From OM182 bacterium (GTDB lineage Bacteria; Pseudomonadota; Gammaproteobacteria; Pseudomonadales; Azotimanducaceae), in contig CP121333.1 of the NCBI GenBank assembly GCA_043512555.1, positions 2,309,955 to 2,373,954 on the forward strand: 64,000 nt of DNA. Direction: 5' to 3'. Below the pieces are notes generated by a model. The model searched no databases. It was not told the DNA's origin and saw only the letters and a program-made list of their open reading frames with translations. Positions 34,003-44,324 of this stretch are shown piece by piece (position 1 is the stretch's first letter; each line of letters begins with the position of its first letter). The position numbers and the translations under genes were made by a program.

Positions 34003-35027
34003 ACCGGCTGTGTGAAAGGCTCGGCATTGATTTGCCCATTATCCAGGCGCCGATGGCCGGCGTGCAGGGAGCGAGACTTGCAGCGGCTGTAACCCAGGCC
34101 GGTGGCCTGGGTTCTATTCCCTGTGCGATGCTGAATGAAGATCAGATCATCACAGCCGTCAATGACGTCAGGCAGCACACTGAAGGTGCGCTAAACCTCA
34201 ACTTCTTTTGTCATCAACCGCCTGCCATGGATGACAGATTGCGATTGTTTGCCGCCAGTCTCGCGCCATATTTCGAAGAATATGATCTTGATCCACCCGA
34301 TCTGGATGCGGGCGCGGGGCGACAACCTTTTAATGAGGCGCTGGCGGAGCTTGTGCGCGGGCTTAAACCACCCGTTGTCAGTTTTCATTTCGGGCTGCCA
34401 GCCGCATCGTTGCTTGAAACCGTGAGGGAAAGCGGCGCACTGGTGATCAGCAGTGCAACGACCGTTGAAGAAGCCGTCTGGCTGGAAGCACACGGGGTTG
34501 ACGCGGTGATCGTTCAGGGTGTCGAGGCGGGCGGCCATCGTGGTCACTTTCTGAATCGGGATCTTTCCGGCCAACAGTCAACACTTGAACTTCTGCCCGC
34601 AGTAGCGGCTGTCGTTCAGTGCCCTTTGATCGCGGCCGGCGGTATCAGTCGACCTGAGCAGGCGAGGGATGCAATGCACCGGGGTGCAGATGCCGTGCAG
34701 ATTGGGACGGCGTACCTGCTTTGCCCCGAAGCGGATACCAGCGCGCTTCATCGATCGGCATTGCGAGGCAAGCAGGCAGAGACCGCCTTAACGAATGTGT
34801 TTACAGGCCGCCCTGCGAGAGGTTTGATCAATCGCCTGATGCGCGAAATGGGACCGATGAATGACGAAGTGCCAGATTTTCCGCTGGCTTCCGGGCTGGT
34901 GACCCAACTGCGTCGCGCGGCAGAAGAGAAGGGCGCCGATGAATTTTCGCCGCTATGGGCTGGCACGGGTTATGCCGATATCGAAGAAGTGAGTGCCGCC
35001 GATGTGACTCGTCGCATGGCGCTATGA
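33999..35027 (+). CDS. nitronate monooxygenase (NMO / 2-nitropropane dioxygenase family)
   Basis: LPIIQAPMAGV and GVEAGGHRG motifs. The TTG start overlaps the GST stop. Confidence 0.85.
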   Translation: MNRLCERLGIDLPIIQAPMAGVQGARLAAAVTQAGGLGSIPCAMLNEDQIITAVNDVRQHTEGALNLNFFCHQPPAMDDRLRLFAASLAPYFEEYDLDPPDLDAGAGRQPFNEALAELVRGLKPPVVSFHFGLPAASLLETVRESGALVISSATTVEEAVWLEAHGVDAVIVQGVEAGGHRGHFLNRDLSGQQSTLELLPAVAAVVQCPLIAAGGISRPEQARDAMHRGADAVQIGTAYLLCPEADTSALHRSALRGKQAETALTNVFTGRPARGLINRLMREMGPMNDEVPDFPLASGLVTQLRRAAEEKGADEFSPLWAGTGYADIEEVSAADVTRRMAL

Positions 35028-35858
35028 GGAAGGCGTCTGGTCACCCAGCACCCTGACTTCCTGTTGCGGCAGCGGCAGCTTGATGCTGGCGTCGGCTAAA
35101 GCGCGATGGATGCCAAGGTTGATGCCGTGTAGCGCTTCAAAGTAGTGATCGCTTGGCACCCAGACGCGATAGTCCAGTACGATGGCGGATTCACCAAAGG
35201 TGTTAATGCCGACCACGGGCGCTGGCTCATCGGCAATACCCTCGTGTCCGGAGATCGCCTCTCGTATGACGCTGATCGCGAGTTCCGGGTCTGTCTCGTA
35301 GGAAATTCTGAGCTGCCCTTCGACAATGCGGTGTTCCTTCGAGTTGCGATGAATCTCACCGACAATATGTTTGTTCGGTATCACAATGCTCTCGCCATCT
35401 TCCGATTCGAGTGTAGTCGTTGACAGGGTGATTTCCCGTACGATGCCGGAGCAGCCACAGACAAAGATGGTGTCGTCTACCTTGAACATCCTTGTCAGAA
35501 TGATGACCAGACCGGCACCGTAGTTTGATACGGGGCCTTGTATCGCGAAGCTTGCGCCGACGGCCAGACCACCAATTGCTGCGATGAGCGGTGTAATGCT
35601 GATACCCATCTGGCTGAGCGCAATAATCAGGAAGATCGCAATAACCACCAGGCGCATGGCACTTGCTAACAGGTGCCTTAAGGTCACGTCGACTGCCCGT
35701 TTTTCCATCACCCCAAGCAGAACTTTGGCTACCCAGCCGCCGACAATGAAGCCGACGATCAAAACGATGACCGCGCCCAATAGCTGGAAGGAGTAGGTCA
35801 CCGCAAAGTTGATGATGAGCGAATAAGCTTCTTCCAATAGACCGAGTTGTTCCTGCAT
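35022..35858 (-). CDS. mechanosensitive ion channel family protein (MscS-like)
   Basis: Three N-terminal TM helices followed by an MscS beta-domain (FKVDDTIFV..G.V.EI.L..T). Confidence 0.85.
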   Translation of the reverse strand: MQEQLGLLEEAYSLIINFAVTYSFQLLGAVIVLIVGFIVGGWVAKVLLGVMEKRAVDVTLRHLLASAMRLVVIAIFLIIALSQMGISITPLIAAIGGLAVGASFAIQGPVSNYGAGLVIILTRMFKVDDTIFVCGCSGIVREITLSTTTLESEDGESIVIPNKHIVGEIHRNSKEHRIVEGQLRISYETDPELAISVIREAISGHEGIADEPAPVVGINTFGESAIVLDYRVWVPSDHYFEALHGINLGIHRALADASIKLPLPQQEVRVLGDQTPSS

Positions 35859-36005
35859 TGCGATGCGGCTCCCTTTACATAGAAGGATTGGTTAGAAATA
35901 TTTAGTCGGCTTCAAAAGCCTGTCATCAGCGGAGCCTGGTCGGCTCGCTGTATCGCTAACCTTATCAATCGTCGGGTTAGGGTCAAGGTTGGCGCTGTGT
36001 GATTG

Positions 36006-37235
36006 TCAGGTTACTCGCTGACGCTCACGGAACCTCGGGTCATCAAAGTGGCGGTTGGTTACCACGTCGATCAGTATCTCGATGGCGCGCTGGGTATCGT
36101 CGAAACTGTTGTAGAGCGGCGCAAAGCCGAAGCGCAGAATATCCGGTTCTCTAAAGTCGCCGATGACGCCGCGATCAATCAGCGCCTGCATTATGGCGTA
36201 CGCATCGGGGTGTGAGAGGGAGACCTGGCTGCCGCGTCTGTCATTGTCTCGGGGTGATGCGAGCGTCAGCTCGGGGATGTTCGCGACCCCTTCGATAAAA
36301 TATTCGGTCAAGCGAACGGACTTGGTTCGAAGTTCACGAATATCCAGGTCCTGATAGAGGTCGAGCGCAGCGGACAGCGCCTGCATCGACAGTATCGGCG
36401 GTGTCCCGGCAAGAAACCGGTCTATGCCGTCGGCAGGTTCATAGGTAGTGCTGAATTCAAACGGCTGCCGGTGTCCCATCCAGCCGCTCAAGGGTTGCTG
36501 CATTGCGGCCTGGAGTCGCCGATTCACGTAGACGAAAGAGGGTGCACCAGGGCCGCCGTTCAGATATTTGTAGCCACAGCCTACGGCGAGATCAACGTCG
36601 TTAGCGTCAAGATCGAGATTGACGATGCCGGCGCTGTGAGAGAGATCCCACAGCACGAGGGCCCCCCGGTCATGCGCGAGCCGGGTCAACCGCGGTAGAT
36701 CCTGAATGGACCCGTCCCTGAAATTCACGTGTGTCAGCATCAGTATGGCTGTGGTGTGATCAATTGCCGTATCGAAATCGCCATCTGAGACGAGTCTGAG
36801 TCTCGCGCGATCTTCGCCCAGCAGGCTTGAAACACCTTCAGCGATATAGAGATCTGTCGGGAAATTGCCTTGTTCCGAAACGATGACGTTTCGCTGTTGG
36901 TCCGTATCGTTGCTGCCGAGCGCTGCCGTTAACAGCTTGAACAGGTTGACGGAGGTTGAGTCGGCGCAGACAACCTGACCCTCACCGGCTCCGATGATGG
37001 GGGCAATTTTCTCACCCACACGGGTCGGAAGCGTAATCCATTCGTGCGCGTTCCAGCTGCGTATCAGATCGCTGCCCCATTGATTGACGATCGTTTCTTC
37101 CATCACCGATTTGACGTGCCTGGGTAGCGCACCCAGTGAATTGCCGTCCAGATAAATAATGCCTTCCGGCAACAGGAAACGGGTGCGGTAGTCCTTCAGC
37201 GGATCGGCGGAATCCCGTTGTTCGGCGTCGTTCAT
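36006..37235 (-). CDS. kynU: kynureninase
   Basis: 409 aa, PLP enzyme. IYLDGNSLGALP and CGYKYLNGGPGAPSF (PLP-lysine region) are typical of kynureninase. Confidence 0.85.
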   Translation of the reverse strand: MNDAEQRDSADPLKDYRTRFLLPEGIIYLDGNSLGALPRHVKSVMEETIVNQWGSDLIRSWNAHEWITLPTRVGEKIAPIIGAGEGQVVCADSTSVNLFKLLTAALGSNDTDQQRNVIVSEQGNFPTDLYIAEGVSSLLGEDRARLRLVSDGDFDTAIDHTTAILMLTHVNFRDGSIQDLPRLTRLAHDRGALVLWDLSHSAGIVNLDLDANDVDLAVGCGYKYLNGGPGAPSFVYVNRRLQAAMQQPLSGWMGHRQPFEFSTTYEPADGIDRFLAGTPPILSMQALSAALDLYQDLDIRELRTKSVRLTEYFIEGVANIPELTLASPRDNDRRGSQVSLSHPDAYAIMQALIDRGVIGDFREPDILRFGFAPLYNSFDDTQRAIEILIDVVTNRHFDDPRFRERQRVT

Positions 37236-38029
37236 GCCGACGCCAGTGTCTGTTTTAGAATCGGGAAAGCAACAGAGCCCGGATGCACCAGATCGAAATG
37301 ACCGGCGCTTTCAATCTCTAACATCGCGGACGTTGTTTCAGTTGCGAACCGTCTCGACTGACTAACGGGCACAATCGCATCATTGGTCCCATGTAGCAGA
37401 GCGATCCTTTGGTTCTTTTCAAGGCTTCTGAGCTGGAGAGGCGATGCTTCGGCATAACGTTTCGGGTGTTCCTCTGGTGTGCCACCCAGCAGGCTGATCG
37501 TGGATAGCTCACAGGGGCTGTCACCCCGTGAGTAGCTATCCAGATCCGATATCGCGGCAAGTCCGATGGTCAGGTCAATCGCTGGCGAAGGCTGCCCGGG
37601 ATGATTACCGCCAAGACGGGTTGAAACCCAGAGTGCCAGATGTCCGCCGGCAGAGTGACCAGCAATCACAAACTTTTCATCGTGATCCAGGCTTCTGCGG
37701 ACTTCGCTGACACCAGCCAGGATGTCTTCAAATGTCCCTGGCCAGCCGCCGCCTTCATCACCGATGCGCCGGTATTCCAGCGACCATATGTTCCAGCCCA
37801 GGGATCTAACGGCAGCGCAGAGGGGTCTGACATGTTTTAGATCGTAAGCCGACTGCCAGCATCCGCCGTGAATCATCAGCAGCGTCCTGTTTGAGGAAGC
37901 GCTTGTCCATCCTTCGGCGAACTGCAGTGCACCAGTGCCATATTCGAGACGGTGTTCAGGCGGTTCATAGCTCAGCGCGCTGATGTCGCTAAAGGTCGCC
38001 CCGGTGATCGGAGATGATTCGCTCGACAT
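37232..38029 (-). CDS. alpha/beta hydrolase, probable AFMID-type kynurenine formamidase
   Basis: HGGCW oxyanion motif and GHSAGGH nucleophile elbow. 4-nt overlap with the kynU start. The function is inferred from context. Confidence 0.6.
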   Translation of the reverse strand: MSSESSPITGATFSDISALSYEPPEHRLEYGTGALQFAEGWTSASSNRTLLMIHGGCWQSAYDLKHVRPLCAAVRSLGWNIWSLEYRRIGDEGGGWPGTFEDILAGVSEVRRSLDHDEKFVIAGHSAGGHLALWVSTRLGGNHPGQPSPAIDLTIGLAAISDLDSYSRGDSPCELSTISLLGGTPEEHPKRYAEASPLQLRSLEKNQRIALLHGTNDAIVPVSQSRRFATETTSAMLEIESAGHFDLVHPGSVAFPILKQTLASA

Positions 38030-38034
38030 AGATA

Positions 38035-38460
38035 TCAGCCGGTGGGGATGGGTTCAAGGTCGGGTTCTAAAAACAGTATCCGGGCTTCGTCGCTGAACAA
38101 CCGCTCTCGCGAGTAGTGGGTCAGCATGACATCGCTTTGCAGCAAGACCGGGCTGTTCTCCATGAATTCCCCAGCGGATGTGAAGTTTTGACCAGACCGC
38201 TGCATGAAATAGCTGACAGCTTTCAGCCAGGATACGGTCAGGGTCTCGTGATATTTCCCTGTACCCAGGTGATTACGGGTCAGCAGTTGTGTGATACCTG
38301 TACGAACTCGTTCAACAGCGGCATCAAGAGACAGTTCGCACAGATTCACATAGGCCAGGCGAAGGTGCTCCCGATGTGTGAAGTCCTCCGGCCCAATCTC
38401 TCCGCTTTCAAAGGCGTCACGAAACCGGAGATCTGATGACGATGTTCTGTGGTGTTGCAT
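38035..38460 (-). CDS. hypothetical protein (141 aa)
   Basis: Starts at MQHHRTSSSDLRF... The longer tracked ORF would overlap the M20 gene by 120 nt. No family recognised. Confidence 0.5.
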   Translation of the reverse strand: MQHHRTSSSDLRFRDAFESGEIGPEDFTHREHLRLAYVNLCELSLDAAVERVRTGITQLLTRNHLGTGKYHETLTVSWLKAVSYFMQRSGQNFTSAGEFMENSPVLLQSDVMLTHYSRERLFSDEARILFLEPDLEPIPTG

Positions 38461-38485
38461 GAAGCCGTTCTCGCGAGGAGCCTGG

Positions 38486-39655
38486 TTAGCCGTTCGGCAG
38501 TGTGCGTTCTGCCATGTTGACCCACCAGGAAGCGCCGATGGGTAATACATCATCATTGAAGTCGTAGCCCGGGTTATGTACGGCGCAGGAACCTTCGCCG
38601 TCACCATTGCCGATCCAGATGTAGGCGCCAGCCTTCTCCTGCAGCATGAATGCGAAGTCTTCGGAGCCCATCGCAGATTTCGGGTTCAGGTTCACGCGAT
38701 CTTCTCCGACCAGGTCGACGGCGACCTGGCCCGCAAACTGCGCTTCGGACTCCGAGTTGACTGTGGGTGGGTATCGGCGTTCATAGACGAATTCACAGCT
38801 CGCACCGTAGGCACGGCAGATATCGCTGGCGATCTGTGACATGGTCGATTCGAGTTTTAACTGGGTTCGGGGGGAGAAACAGCGGGTACAGCCCTTGATA
38901 CTGACTTCGTTGGGAATCACGTTGTACGCATCGCCTGCGTGAAACTGGGTGACTGATAATACGGTCGGTTCCTGTGGGTCGATGATGCGGCTGACGATGG
39001 ATTGAAAGGCCTCAACGATCTTGCTGCCCACGACAATCGGGTCAATCGCCAGGTGCGGCATAGCGGCATGACCACCTTTGGCAATGATCTTCAGTTCGAA
39101 GATGTCGAATGCGGCCATCATCGGACCGGGTTTGATCGCAAAGGTGCCGACTGGCATGCCGGGAATATTGTGCATGCCGTAGACGGCTTCCATAGGGTAG
39201 CGTTCGAACAGACCGGCCTCGACCATTGCCCGGCCGCCGCCTTCATTTTCTTCTGCCGGCTGGAAGATGAAATACACGGTACCGTCGAAGTCGCCGTGTT
39301 CCGCAAGATGTTTGGCAGCGCCAAGTAGCATGGTCGTGTGTCCATCATGTCCGCAGGCGTGCATCTTTCCCGGATGTCGGGACGCGTGCTCAAAATTGTT
39401 GGCTTCATTGATAGGCAGCGCATCCAGGTCTGCGCGCAGGCCGACGGCTCGCTCACTGGTGCCTTTCTTGAGAATACCCACAACGCCGGTGCCGGCGATG
39501 CCGGTCTCAATCTCCATGCCGAATGAGGCCAGCTTCTCGGCCACGATCCTGGCGGTGCGATGTTCTTCAAACGCGAGTTCCGGGTGGGCGTGTATGTCTC
39601 GACGCCAGGTTGTCATTTCGTCTTTGCAGGCATCCAGCTGACTGATGATGTTCAT
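38486..39655 (-). CDS. M20 family amidohydrolase (hippurate hydrolase / N-acyl-amino-acid amidohydrolase-like)
   Basis: RADLDALP, MHACGHDGH and FQPAEE motifs. Confidence 0.85.
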   Translation of the reverse strand: MNIISQLDACKDEMTTWRRDIHAHPELAFEEHRTARIVAEKLASFGMEIETGIAGTGVVGILKKGTSERAVGLRADLDALPINEANNFEHASRHPGKMHACGHDGHTTMLLGAAKHLAEHGDFDGTVYFIFQPAEENEGGGRAMVEAGLFERYPMEAVYGMHNIPGMPVGTFAIKPGPMMAAFDIFELKIIAKGGHAAMPHLAIDPIVVGSKIVEAFQSIVSRIIDPQEPTVLSVTQFHAGDAYNVIPNEVSIKGCTRCFSPRTQLKLESTMSQIASDICRAYGASCEFVYERRYPPTVNSESEAQFAGQVAVDLVGEDRVNLNPKSAMGSEDFAFMLQEKAGAYIWIGNGDGEGSCAVHNPGYDFNDDVLPIGASWWVNMAERTLPNG

Positions 39656-40185
39656 GATTCTCCTTGGGTACTTACCAGTTGCGCCAGTTTGCGCACGTGC
39701 TCATCGTGAACTCCCGCGTCTTCAAGGGCGCGGTGAAGCTCAAGTATATACTCAGTATTGCTGCCGCTGGGTCCGACAGATCTTTGTATCTCTGCGGCAA
39801 TGTCCTCGATGTGACTTTCGCCGGCGTAGTGGGGGTTATTCGGTGGTGCGTTGTAGGTTAGCCCGTCAACCACCTCGCCACTGTGCAACTGGATGGGAAC
39901 CGGGTATCGCTCGTAACCACCCACTTCTCGGATATCCAGAGCGTTTAGCGTGTCTTCCAGATAATCACGGCGAAGGCGATAAGCCATGCCCCAACACTGC
40001 TCACCGTCGACAGGGACCAGCGTCACGACACGGCCCGGCTGTTCGGGTGTACCTCTGTGATCGACGGAGAACTGCCAAAAACGCCTTGCATAGTTTTGAA
40101 TGTAGGCGGGGGTTCGTGACTCATAGTCAAACCCGGTCTTCCAGATGATGGAGCCGTAGCCGAATAGCCAGAAGTCGTCACCCAT
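39652..40185 (-). CDS. gamma-glutamylcyclotransferase, ChaC family
   Basis: FWLFGYGSIIWK motif. ATG 40185 overlaps the upstream HAD gene end by 8 nt. Confidence 0.75.
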   Translation of the reverse strand: MGDDFWLFGYGSIIWKTGFDYESRTPAYIQNYARRFWQFSVDHRGTPEQPGRVVTLVPVDGEQCWGMAYRLRRDYLEDTLNALDIREVGGYERYPVPIQLHSGEVVDGLTYNAPPNNPHYAGESHIEDIAAEIQRSVGPSGSNTEYILELHRALEDAGVHDEHVRKLAQLVSTQGES

Positions 40186-41014
40186 GGGCACGATTGAATT
40201 CACGAATGTAGGACACCACATCAACAATGCCGTCGCGCTCGTTGTGTCCGCACACATGATTGGCAATCTGCTTCAGTTCATCGTGTCCGTTTTCCATGGC
40301 AAAGCCATGGCCAGCGGCAGTAATCATGGCGACGTCGTTTAACTCGTCTCCCACGGTACAGACACCGGCCGCATCGATACTGAAATGGTCGTTGAGTTTG
40401 CTGAGCCCATGCCACTTGTCCACGTGGGCAAGCGATACTTCGCAATAACAGGTGTTGGTTTGCGGGTGCGGTACGATAATCACGTTGTAGGTTTCGGGGT
40501 GCGATTGCTGCAAGGCAGCTTTAAAGGCTTCGAGCGGTTCCGCGTCGGCGAAGGTGCCGCACACCATGAAGGACGATTCGTGTGATGTGATATCCGCAGC
40601 CTCGCACCACTCGGCATTATTCTGATGATGCTGATGAATGGGTTCTTTCCAGCTTGGGATCGAATCGATAACGAAATCAGCGCCGCCCAGGTCATGGGCA
40701 TCCCGTTGCGCGAAGATTGACAGATCGTGCGCTCTTGCCAGTTTCGCTACGTTGGCGACATCGATCGTCTCCGCATGTAACGTACGCTGCTCGGGTGTTT
40801 TCACGAGTGCACCGCCGTTACAAACCGCGAACACATCAAAACCAAGGTTCTCGATCACGAAGCGCGTTGTGCGGTAGCGTCTGCCGGTAGCGATGACCAC
40901 TTCGACGCCATCGTCATGGTGCAGGCGGGTAAGCGCCTCTTTTGTGGCGGGTGACACGCCGTGATTCTCCAGAGCCAGTGTGCCATCGAGATCGAGCGCT
41001 ATCATCCTGATCAT
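40178..41014 (-). CDS. HAD family hydrolase, Cof-type (HAD-IIB)
   Basis: IALDLDGTL motif I and GDELNDVAM motif IV. Confidence 0.85.
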   Translation of the reverse strand: MIRMIALDLDGTLALENHGVSPATKEALTRLHHDDGVEVVIATGRRYRTTRFVIENLGFDVFAVCNGGALVKTPEQRTLHAETIDVANVAKLARAHDLSIFAQRDAHDLGGADFVIDSIPSWKEPIHQHHQNNAEWCEAADITSHESSFMVCGTFADAEPLEAFKAALQQSHPETYNVIIVPHPQTNTCYCEVSLAHVDKWHGLSKLNDHFSIDAAGVCTVGDELNDVAMITAAGHGFAMENGHDELKQIANHVCGHNERDGIVDVVSYIREFNRAHG

Positions 41015-41024
41015 ATGTTTTGCC

Positions 41025-43412
41025 TTAGCTGCCGAGTCGGTATCTTAGCTTCACAACAAACACATCAACAGCCCGATCTGTCCAGCTCTTGCGGAGCAGG
41101 GTGCTGAACGTGTCGTCAGGCAGGTTGGGCAAATCGGACCCGCGGGTATAAACCACAAAGAGGTCAGAGAGCGGGGCAATCTCCCAGCGATAGCGTGCCT
41201 GAAAAATCAGGTTGCTGATTGAAAAGTCGCGTGAGCCGGTCACCGGATCCGGGTCTTCGATGAGATAGCCATCGCCAATGGGTACTTCCAGTCGACGGGA
41301 TTCATCGGCTTTGATGCCGATCCACTGCGCCGAGACGCGAAACTGCTGCTGAGCGGACAGGAAGAAATCCATGGAAAGCTTCGGCTCCCAGGCGCGGGCG
41401 TCGAAGGTGGTGAAATCCCGATCTTCCCGGTGGAGAAGCCAGTCGGTTCTGTCCCGGTAGGCAAGGCTGATGGTCGCTGCAAATCGATCACTGGGTCGCC
41501 AGACAATTTCCGATTCGAAGAAGTGCTGATAGCCACCCAGCAGCTCCTCGGTGAAGAAGTAACCGAAGCCCAGTCGCAGGGGCCTGGCGCTGTCGGTTTC
41601 ATAGAAAGCGCCAAGTTGCCGCCGAGGGTAGATTCTAAAGGCCCCGTTACCGTCGCTGTTGATGTCATCCCATCGGGATGGGAAGTAGTTCAGTTCCCAG
41701 AATAGAAAATGATTGTTGTTGAACTCGTATTCCTGGTTGAAGAAGGTGCCACTTCGAACGACGCGGCCGTCGGTGTTGTATTCCTGCGAGAGGAAGATGC
41801 TGGTCCGGCGGGAGCGCAAGGTCGGCATGTCTGATTCGTTGATTTCCAGCCGATAACTCGCGCCAATGGCATCGTTTCGTCGCAGAAACCCGAAGTCGTT
41901 GATGTCGAGTTCATCGTCAAAGTAGTCCAGCGAGACCCGGTGTTTCAGTCCTTGTCTTGGCGTATAGGCAAGGTCCATAAAAGCCCCTGACCCAGCGGTA
42001 TCACCAACGTTGGAATACAGCATCTGGCCGTCGAACGCCCATTTTCCATCCTGGGACAGATAGTGCCCATCGATGCCGTGAACAATCGCATCTTCATCCG
42101 GGTGTGCAACCATCGTGGTGATCCAGCCGAGTCCTGTTCGCCCGCTACCGGAGGTTGATTCATAGAGCAGACGGGCGACGCCAAAATCGCGACCATCCTG
42201 CATGAAAGCCACCGGCACATCGTCGATGGTGCCTTCTATTTTTGTGTCGTCTTCGATGGCGGCGAATACGCCATATCGCCAGTTATCTTTCTGGCCTGTA
42301 ATTTTGACCGCTCCTTCGAGCTCTGTGGGTTGAAACTCTTCGAGTTCAGTGATTTCAAGACCGGGAACATCCAGCTCGCGGGGTGGCGAGCCAATACGTC
42401 GGGTGTTGACCAGAACGGTCGGTGTGCTCCGGCCACGTGAGCGGGAGCGGGGCGTCGTGTTGAAAATGTCCTGACCTTCAAGGAAGAAGGGCCGCTTCTC
42501 CGGGAAAAAGGTTTCGAATGCGGTCAGGTTGACGTCCACGTCGTCTGATTCGACGTTACCAAAGTCTGGATTGATCGTTGCAGAGAGTTGCATGTTCGAC
42601 GACGGACGCCAGTAAATGTCAAAGCCCGCCTTGTAGTGGTCTTCTCGATCAATTGCGTTGTAACCCGCTGCGGCATACGGGTAGAAGGTGAACTGCTTTC
42701 TGGGTGTAATGTTTTCCAGCTCAAATATCTGCAGTGCGCTCATGAACCGGCTTATGGTAGGTGGCAGTGCAGGCCAGCCCCAGCGCTCCGAGCGCTCAGA
42801 CATGAATCGGGACATGTAAAAGCCAATGCGGCGAGTCTCTCCCTCAAGATTGGGCATTGTCATCATTGACCAGGGGAGGAACATTTCTGCGGACCAGCCG
42901 CCTTCTACAACGGCAGATGCACCGCGCCAGGCTCCGTCCCACTGGTTGTTGAACTGTCGCTCGGGCAAGAGGGTGCCGTCTGACAAAGAGCCGCCGAGAT
43001 TGACACCGAACCAGTAGCCGTAGAGGCCCTCGCCGGAAGGGTCCAGCGTGACGCTGACCTGGTCCCGACTGATAAAGCGGTCTCGAGATGAAAGGCGAGC
43101 CACCAGCGACTCAGCTGGCTGATGATTCATGAAGCCGATGTACAGACCGCGCGCCGTGTAAAAAAATCGGACCTCGGTGGAATGTGGTGCTGGGGTTAAG
43201 GTATCGGGGACGATAGTGTGCAGATTGTCGTACGCAGGCAGCGTTGACCAGACGTCGTCATCCAGTTTGCCGTCGATTTTGATTGAAACATCCGCTTTCT
43301 TTTCGAGAGAGATTGGCGGTAGTGCCAGAAATTCGTTTGCTGTGGACTGCTCAGCAAGCAATGGCCCGATCAGACAGGCAGCCAGAATGTACCATCGCAA
43401 AGGGGTGATCAC
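41025..43412 (-). CDS. CBM9-like / DUF5916 domain outer-membrane-type protein
   Basis: 795 aa with signal peptide. N-terminal IDGKLDDDVW..TEVRFFY..LYIGF..RD..D.V.V.LDP pattern. Long beta-rich C-terminus ending in an aromatic-rich strand. Confidence 0.7.
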   Translation of the reverse strand: MITPLRWYILAACLIGPLLAEQSTANEFLALPPISLEKKADVSIKIDGKLDDDVWSTLPAYDNLHTIVPDTLTPAPHSTEVRFFYTARGLYIGFMNHQPAESLVARLSSRDRFISRDQVSVTLDPSGEGLYGYWFGVNLGGSLSDGTLLPERQFNNQWDGAWRGASAVVEGGWSAEMFLPWSMMTMPNLEGETRRIGFYMSRFMSERSERWGWPALPPTISRFMSALQIFELENITPRKQFTFYPYAAAGYNAIDREDHYKAGFDIYWRPSSNMQLSATINPDFGNVESDDVDVNLTAFETFFPEKRPFFLEGQDIFNTTPRSRSRGRSTPTVLVNTRRIGSPPRELDVPGLEITELEEFQPTELEGAVKITGQKDNWRYGVFAAIEDDTKIEGTIDDVPVAFMQDGRDFGVARLLYESTSGSGRTGLGWITTMVAHPDEDAIVHGIDGHYLSQDGKWAFDGQMLYSNVGDTAGSGAFMDLAYTPRQGLKHRVSLDYFDDELDINDFGFLRRNDAIGASYRLEINESDMPTLRSRRTSIFLSQEYNTDGRVVRSGTFFNQEYEFNNNHFLFWELNYFPSRWDDINSDGNGAFRIYPRRQLGAFYETDSARPLRLGFGYFFTEELLGGYQHFFESEIVWRPSDRFAATISLAYRDRTDWLLHREDRDFTTFDARAWEPKLSMDFFLSAQQQFRVSAQWIGIKADESRRLEVPIGDGYLIEDPDPVTGSRDFSISNLIFQARYRWEIAPLSDLFVVYTRGSDLPNLPDDTFSTLLRKSWTDRAVDVFVVKLRYRLGS

Positions 43413-43514
43413 GGTTATTCACTTGTTCTTATTGCGCAGGAAAAAGAGCGGAGCTAAGCTGCGGCGCCTGACTCAAAGCTGCGGTATTCTACTGAATTCA
43501 AAGGGGCTTAGCTA

Positions 43515-44324
43515 TTGGCGACATACGATCAGGTCGGCCTGGGGATTCTCAATCTTCTGGCGAGGGCAGGCAGGTATCAATTGACAGAAGTCCGATTCGG
43601 CGATCATCCAAACGAAACCATCGACTGGTATCAAGTAGGGGATGACGCGCCATCGGTGGTTTTCTGCCACGGTGGCAATTGGCGATCTTACGATAAACGT
43701 CAGTTTCGTTTCGTCGCGGATACGCTTTGCGGTTTAGGTTACAACGTCGTATTACCCAACTTCCTCAAGTACCCGGAATTCCGGTTCAACCGAATACTCG
43801 AAAGCGCGATCGCTGCAGTTGATCATGCGCTTGAAGCACTGGTGCCTGCTGGTGATGTTGTCATGATGGGGCACTCATCAGGCGCACAGTTGGCCGCGTT
43901 AATGACATTGAACCAGGCGCTTCTCGCATCGCCCACGCGAATATCCGCGATGGTCGGACTATCGGGACCCTACGATTTTTATCCGTTTACCGAAGACGAC
44001 CACTGGGATCTCTTCGGCCCGGACGCCCATTACCCTAGGTCACAGCCCGTCAACTACGTCAGAGCTGATGCACCGGAACTCTACCTGCTGCACGGCGCTG
44101 ATGACACGCGAGTGCGCCGGGGCCATTCAAAGAGCCTGATGGAGAAGCAGCTTGCTGCGGGCGGACTTGCTTCGAGAGAGGTCTATGAGGGTATGGGTCA
44201 TGTCGATGCGGTGCTATCGTTCTCCCGAATACACCGTCGAAACAACCCGCTCGTTCGTGATATACAGTTGTTTCTACAATCCCGTCTCAACAACAAAAGA
44301 GGAAATCCACGTGGCTGTCAGTGA
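43515..44324 (+). CDS. alpha/beta hydrolase (esterase/lipase type)
   Basis: HGGNW and GHSSGA motifs. TTG start preceded by AAGGGG. Confidence 0.75.
   Translation: MATYDQVGLGILNLLARAGRYQLTEVRFGDHPNETIDWYQVGDDAPSVVFCHGGNWRSYDKRQFRFVADTLCGLGYNVVLPNFLKYPEFRFNRILESAIAAVDHALEALVPAGDVVMMGHSSGAQLAALMTLNQALLASPTRISAMVGLSGPYDFYPFTEDDHWDLFGPDAHYPRSQPVNYVRADAPELYLLHGADDTRVRRGHSKSLMEKQLAAGGLASREVYEGMGHVDAVLSFSRIHRRNNPLVRDIQLFLQSRLNNKRGNPRGCQ

Noticed and set aside
38461-38607. Upstream extension of ORF 38035..38607 overlapping the 3' end of the M20 gene.
   Set aside because: It would create a 120-nt same-strand overlap. ATG 38460 leaves a 25-nt spacer and a sensible N-terminus.
44152-44310. Tracked start of the enoyl-CoA hydratase ORF inside the preceding alpha/beta hydrolase gene.
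   Set aside because: Crotonase homology starts near ICVITLNRPERMNA. GTG 44311 has a good AAAGAGGAAA RBS, and the extension is just the alternative frame of the upstream gene.
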